Assembly: GCA_040904565.1 (NCBI GenBank)
Contig: JBBDTI010000026.1
Location: forward strand, 13,728-43,853
Source of the DNA: Rhodothermales bacterium
Lineage (GTDB): Bacteria > Bacteroidota > Rhodothermia > Rhodothermales > VXPQ01
Reading direction: 5' to 3'
DNA: 30,126 bases
Shown here: positions 25,448 through 30,126 of the stretch, one piece after another
Numbering within the stretch: the stretch's first letter is position 1
Layout of the letters: every line of letters begins with the position of its first letter
The notes under the pieces: generated by a model
What the model saw: the letters and a program-made list of their open reading frames with translations, nothing else
The model's database searches: none
Told to the model about the DNA's origin: nothing
Program-made: the position numbers and the translations under genes

Positions 25448-27529
25448 ATGGGCACAATGAACAACATGCGCGAAAACACGGGTGTGGTCCTGTGGATTCT
25501 CGTGTTTGCATTTGGCGTGATCTGGGTGCTGCAGGATTCCGGCGGACTCGACGCGGTGGGCGTGAGCGGAGGTACGGACGTGGCCGTCGTCGACGGTGAT
25601 GCCATCACCTATCAGGATTATATCCAGAACGTCGATCAGCAGGTCCAGCAGTTCCAGCAGCAGTCGGGCCAGACGATGCCCCCGCAGATGCTCGAACAGC
25701 AGCGGGATCAGATCTTTCAGCAGATGGTGGAAAATAAGCTGCGCGAGCACGAGATGGATCGGCTCGGGATCACCGTCACGGACGAGGAGATCTACGACAT
25801 GGTGATGGGCGACAATCCCCACCCCATCATTCGTTCGTACTTTGGAGATGAAGCAGGCAACGTCAACCGGGCCCTCCTGCAGAGCTTCATCAACAATCCG
25901 GAGGCCCAGCAAGACTGGATACAGATCGAACAGTATCTGCGCTCCGTTCGACGCGCCGAGAAAATGGAAAATCTCATCGGCGCGACGGTTCGCGTGACCG
26001 ACCAGGATGTGCTCGACGAATACCGGCGACGCAACCTCCGACTCGACGTAGAATGGGTCGGACTCCGTTACGCGTCGATTCCCAATGATTCGGTAACCGT
26101 CACCGAAGCCGACCTGGAAAACTTTTACGAGGAACAGCGGGAGGACTATGCGCGAAGCCGCACGTACTCCATTCGCTACGTCACGCGCTCGACGGTTCCC
26201 ACCGCCGCCGATACGGCCGCCGTTTTCGCGGAACTCGAGCGGCTCAAACCGACGTTTGCCGCCGCGGAGGACGATTCCGTCTTCGTGACGCGCAATGCAT
26301 CGCAGCTGCCGTTCTCGGATGAATGGCTGGCGGCCCCAGACCTGGATCCAGAGATTGCGGAAGCCGTCTTTCCAAATCCTGAGGTCGGTGCCGTACTGGG
26401 GCCGATCTCGGCAGGCGGACGCGCTCACCTCGTCAAGTTGCGCGACGTTCGGCCGGCGGACAACGAGGTCGTGCATGCACAGCACATCCTCCTCCGATCA
26501 CCGGAAGAGGACGCCGACATTCGTCAGACACTCGTGGACGTGCGCAATCAGATCACGTCCGGTGAAACCGATTTCGAGAGTATGGCACGGCAGTATTCAC
26601 AGGATGGATCGGCATCGGAGGGTGGTGACCTCGGCTGGTTTGCCCGCGGGCAGATGGTCGCTCCGTTCGAAGATGCGGCTTTCAGCGCATCCATCGGACA
26701 GGTTGTTGGACCCATCAAGACGCAGCTCGGCTATCATCTCATCCGTGTAAACGCGCGGGCCGCTCAGGAGGTGAAGGTCGCAGATTTCGCGCTCGACATT
26801 CGGACGGACGTGGCGACGCTGAACGACATTCAGGATCAGCTGGATGATCTGGTTTATTACGCGGGAGAGTCCGGCAATTTCAATGAGGAAGCCGAACGCC
26901 TCGGTCTCACCGTCCAGCAGGTTCAGGTCGAGGAGGGTCAGCAGTTTATTCCCGTCCTCGGCAACAGCCGGGCCATTCTGACATTCCTCGAGTCGGCAGA
27001 TGAAGGGGATATCAGCAGCGTCATCGAGCTCAACGACGTCTTCGTCGTGGCGTACGTAAACGATATCGTCCCCGAGGGCTACCGCCCCTTCGAGGAGGTC
27101 CGCGCCGAGGTGGAACCCCGAGTTTACGTCGATAAGAAAAAAGAGCTTCTCGGTGAGCGACTGCGCAGTGCGTATGCGTCCGCCGGCTTCGACGGCCTAC
27201 CACAGGCACTCGGTACGGAGATACAAACGGCGACCGACCTGGGCTTCGGCTCCAACGTCATCCCCGGCCTGGGTGCCGAACCGAAGTTTGTGGGCACGGC
27301 GATGGGACTGGATGAAGGCAAAACCTCGCGCGTCATCGAGGGCCGGAACGCCGCCTACATACTTCGCGTGATCGACGTCGAAGAACCGACAGCCATTACA
27401 GAGGCGCAGCGAGAAACAATCCGGCAGCAGCTGCTTCAGCAGCGCCGGGGCCGTATCCAGAACAGCTGGCTGACGTCACTCCGTGAAGCGGCCGACATCT
27501 CGGATTATCGCAGCCGGTTCCAGCAGTAA
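25448..27529 (+). CDS. PpiD/SurA-type membrane-anchored peptidyl-prolyl isomerase/chaperone
   Basis: N-terminal TM anchor, SurA_N-like region, parvulin motifs HAQHILL, ARQYSQD, GGDLGWF, MVAPFEDAAF, GYHLI. Confidence 0.9.
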   Translation: MGTMNNMRENTGVVLWILVFAFGVIWVLQDSGGLDAVGVSGGTDVAVVDGDAITYQDYIQNVDQQVQQFQQQSGQTMPPQMLEQQRDQIFQQMVENKLREHEMDRLGITVTDEEIYDMVMGDNPHPIIRSYFGDEAGNVNRALLQSFINNPEAQQDWIQIEQYLRSVRRAEKMENLIGATVRVTDQDVLDEYRRRNLRLDVEWVGLRYASIPNDSVTVTEADLENFYEEQREDYARSRTYSIRYVTRSTVPTAADTAAVFAELERLKPTFAAAEDDSVFVTRNASQLPFSDEWLAAPDLDPEIAEAVFPNPEVGAVLGPISAGGRAHLVKLRDVRPADNEVVHAQHILLRSPEEDADIRQTLVDVRNQITSGETDFESMARQYSQDGSASEGGDLGWFARGQMVAPFEDAAFSASIGQVVGPIKTQLGYHLIRVNARAAQEVKVADFALDIRTDVATLNDIQDQLDDLVYYAGESGNFNEEAERLGLTVQQVQVEEGQQFIPVLGNSRAILTFLESADEGDISSVIELNDVFVVAYVNDIVPEGYRPFEEVRAEVEPRVYVDKKKELLGERLRSAYASAGFDGLPQALGTEIQTATDLGFGSNVIPGLGAEPKFVGTAMGLDEGKTSRVIEGRNAAYILRVIDVEEPTAITEAQRETIRQQLLQQRRGRIQNSWLTSLREAADISDYRSRFQQ

Positions 27530-27562
27530 TCGAGAGCTGCCCGAAAAAGCCCGTGACCCGTT

Positions 27563-27603
27563 AGAAGAGGAGACGTCCGCCTGCCGGGCGTCTCCTTTCT
27601 TAT
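27563..27603. terminator. Probable terminator between the convergent PPIase gene and dapF
   Basis: aggagacgtccg-cctgc-cgggcgtctcct hairpin followed by ttctt. Confidence 0.7.
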
Positions 27604-27665
27604 ATGCTAAACCCCGCGGCCACTTTTATGCCGGAGGGCAGGGGATTGATGCCGCCCCGAAGCCT

Positions 27666-28514
27666 TCACACCTCCACGGTACCACGAAAGACTACATCCG
27701 CCGGACCTTCCAGGTACAGATCGCGGATCGCTTCGCCGTCCACCTCGAATCCTACGACGAGCCGCCCCCCCGGCATGTCCACCTCCACGCGATTGACGTC
27801 GACCCGACCGAGCATGCGCGCCGTGAGGGCCGCGGCGACGGCTCCCGTGCCGCACGCATACGTCTCGCTCTCGACGCCCTTTTCATACGTCCGCACGACG
27901 ATTCGACCCGCCGGTTCTGCTTCGATCTCTACGAAGTCGACGTTGGCGCCGGCGGGAGCGAGGTCGGGATCCCTTCGAATGCGAGGTCCCCACTGCGCGA
28001 CGGGCACCGATTCCACGTCGTTCACGAAACACACCAGATGCTCCGTTCCCGTCCAGATATAATGTGCGTCCCCGCCCAACGTCTCCTGAACCGACGCCAG
28101 CGCCCGGTCGGGCGTGAAGTGTCGGGGAGCATCCAGATACACCCGCACGGGCGCCTCCTCGTCCTCCGGCACCACCGCACGAAATACGCCCGCATCCGTC
28201 TCGAACGTGAGCTCCGGTGAGGTGAGTCCGGCCCGGCGGGCGAATCGCGCGAGGCAACGGGCTCCGTTACCGCACATCGTACCGACGCTCCCATCCGAAT
28301 TGACGTACCGCATCCGGTAGTCGTGACCGTCCTGCCTGGGCGGATTGAAGGTCAGAATACCGTCGGCGCCGATGCCGAAGCTGCGGCGGCACAGGCGCGG
28401 CGCAAAATCGCTGAGTTCCTGATCGGAAAAGTGATAGAAGCGGTTGTCAATGACGATGAAGTCATTGCCTGCACCATTCATTTTGGTGAACTCGACGACC
28501 AGCCGACGTTTCAT
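27666..28514 (-). CDS. dapF: Diaminopimelate epimerase
   Basis: FTKMNGAGNDF, GIGADG, MCGNGARC, ETYACGTG (both catalytic Cys present). Confidence 0.96.
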   Translation of the reverse strand: MKRRLVVEFTKMNGAGNDFIVIDNRFYHFSDQELSDFAPRLCRRSFGIGADGILTFNPPRQDGHDYRMRYVNSDGSVGTMCGNGARCLARFARRAGLTSPELTFETDAGVFRAVVPEDEEAPVRVYLDAPRHFTPDRALASVQETLGGDAHYIWTGTEHLVCFVNDVESVPVAQWGPRIRRDPDLAPAGANVDFVEIEAEPAGRIVVRTYEKGVESETYACGTGAVAAALTARMLGRVDVNRVEVDMPGGRLVVGFEVDGEAIRDLYLEGPADVVFRGTVEV

Positions 28515-28688
28515 AATCTATTTATACGGATGGAACTTCATGAGAGACGTCAATCGTACCTCGCGTGAAACGGCCGTCTCGGAGGCGCGTTCACCCTACG
28601 CACTACAACGTCGGATAAATCGAAGGAGATTCTCGTTCGTATGATCCGGCTTCCCATCACTGGAACGAAACAGGATCAGAAACCGACT

Positions 28689-29666
28689 TTGGCGGAGAAG
28701 ACACTCAAGATCGAAGGCGCTGAACCCCTTCTTCTATACGGATTCAACGACATCTATCTCCGCAAGGTGGAAGCCGCCTTCCCGGATACGCAGATCACGG
28801 CGCGCGGACACGAGCTCATCTTGCAAGGTGAAGAGCAAGCGCTCGACGCCGTCGAGCGGATCGTCAACGAGCTCATCGTTATCCTGAGCCGGAACGGGAA
28901 TCTGACCGAGAAGGACGTGGACACGGTCCTGGCGCTTTTCCTCTCAGGTGACGGCGCGGGCTCCTACGATGCGGAGCATCGTGACGTCGTCCTCTTCACT
29001 CCTTCGGGCGGGGCCGTTCGTGCCAAAACGCCGAACCAGGCGCGGCTCGTTGATGCGGCCCGAACGAACGACCTCGTCTTCGCCATCGGACCGGCAGGTA
29101 CGGGAAAAACGTACACGGCCGTCGCACTGGGCGTCTCTGCATTAAAATCGCGACAGGTGAAGCGTATCGTACTCTCCAGGCCGGCCGTGGAAGCCGGAGA
29201 ACGGCTCGGGTTTCTGCCCGGCGATTTTCGGGAGAAGGTAGATCCCTACCTGCGCCCCCTGTACGACGCCCTGGAAGACATGCTCTCTGGTGAGAAGCTC
29301 CGATCGCTGATGGAGAAGAACATCGTTGAGATCGTCCCCCTCGCTTACATGCGAGGGAGAACGCTCAGCTCCTCCTTCGTCATTCTCGATGAGGCCCAGA
29401 ACGCGACGTCGCTTCAGATGAAGATGTTTCTTACGCGTCTGGGCATCAACAGCCGCGCCATCGTCACGGGCGACGTAACGCAGACGGACCTTCCCTCGAG
29501 AGATCGTAGCGGACTCGTCGAGGTGCAGAGTCTGCTCTCCAACGTGAAAGGCGTCAACTTCGTCTACTTCGACCGGTCGGACGTCGTGCGACATCAGCTG
29601 GTCAAGGACATCATCGAAGCCTACGAACGCCGTGATGCGAATTCGCGCGGCGACCGTGATGCGTAA
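28689..29666 (+). CDS. phoH: PhoH-family ATPase (YbeZ-like)
   Basis: GPAGTGKT, RPAVEAGERLGFLPGD, PLAYMRGRTL, ILDEAQN; likely TTG start at 28689 (alternative ATG 28641). Confidence 0.93.
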   Translation: MAEKTLKIEGAEPLLLYGFNDIYLRKVEAAFPDTQITARGHELILQGEEQALDAVERIVNELIVILSRNGNLTEKDVDTVLALFLSGDGAGSYDAEHRDVVLFTPSGGAVRAKTPNQARLVDAARTNDLVFAIGPAGTGKTYTAVALGVSALKSRQVKRIVLSRPAVEAGERLGFLPGDFREKVDPYLRPLYDALEDMLSGEKLRSLMEKNIVEIVPLAYMRGRTLSSSFVILDEAQNATSLQMKMFLTRLGINSRAIVTGDVTQTDLPSRDRSGLVEVQSLLSNVKGVNFVYFDRSDVVRHQLVKDIIEAYERRDANSRGDRDA

Positions 29667-29674
29667 CGATCGGA

Positions 29675-30097
29675 TCAGGCTGTGAGAAGATCGTCCGGCA
29701 GATCCGCGGCCAGCTCCGGCGCATGATCCGTCATTTCGAGATCGAGCACGTCCGTCGGGTCGTTATTCTCGTCGACGAGTACGACGCGGGGCCGGTGCCG
29801 GCGCGCCTCTTCAGGCTCCATGTCGGCATAGGAGATGACGATCACCTCGTCATCCCGCGCGGCCAGCCGAGCGGCCGGACCGTTCAGCTTCACCGTTCGG
29901 CTGCCGGCTTCGCCCGGAATGGTATAGGTCTCCAGGCGCGTGCCGTTGTTGACGTTGACGACCTGCACCTTTTCATACGGTAAAATCCCGCTGACTTCCA
30001 GGAGCTCCCGGTCAACCGTGATGGAGCCCTCGTAATACAGATCGGCCTCCGTAACGCGAAGTCTGTGCAACTTCGCCTTGAACATGGTAATGGTCAT
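29675..30097 (-). CDS. panD: Aspartate 1-decarboxylase
   Basis: KAKLHR, YEGSIT (Gly-Ser pyruvoyl cleavage site), NGTRLETY, LNGPAAR. Confidence 0.97.
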   Translation of the reverse strand: MTITMFKAKLHRLRVTEADLYYEGSITVDRELLEVSGILPYEKVQVVNVNNGTRLETYTIPGEAGSRTVKLNGPAARLAARDDEVIVISYADMEPEEARRHRPRVVLVDENNDPTDVLDLEMTDHAPELAADLPDDLLTA

Positions 30098-30126
30098 GAG
30101 TCGGGATATATCCCTCAGAATAGACA

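Noticed and set aside
25292-26485. 397-aa minus-strand ORF and similar antisense ORFs across the window
   Set aside because: Antisense shadows of real genes, expected at high GC.

Overview
A GC-rich window (roughly 60-65% GC by eye) holding the distal part of a large + strand flagellar cluster: fliI (3' part)-fliJ-motE-like-fliK-flgD-TIGR02530-like-flgE, then a HEAT-cheY-cheZ-like-cheA cassette, then motA-motB-fliL-fliM-fliY/N-fliO-fliP-fliQ-fliR-flhB-flhA-flhF-flhG-small membrane protein-fliA. Housekeeping genes follow (PpiD/SurA-type PPIase, dapF, phoH, panD). Protein style and D-S/T-x sequons suggest an FCB-group organism, plausibly Rhodothermota; this is inference only. I saw no mobile elements, CRISPR arrays, tRNA or rRNA. 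The most interesting signals are: (1) a two-hairpin RNA element with a CGAC x3 loop just before the flgE start, directly behind an uncharacterised gene carrying an RNase-fold-like SxHAxxR motif; (2) a readable sigma54/sigma28 promoter hierarchy, including two near-identical sigma28-like boxes bracketing the che cassette; (3) an FlhF with four of five GTPase motifs degenerate, paired with an FlhG lacking its activator helix; (4) a low-GC segment inside flgE. All gene calls come from motif recognition and synteny, not database searches.
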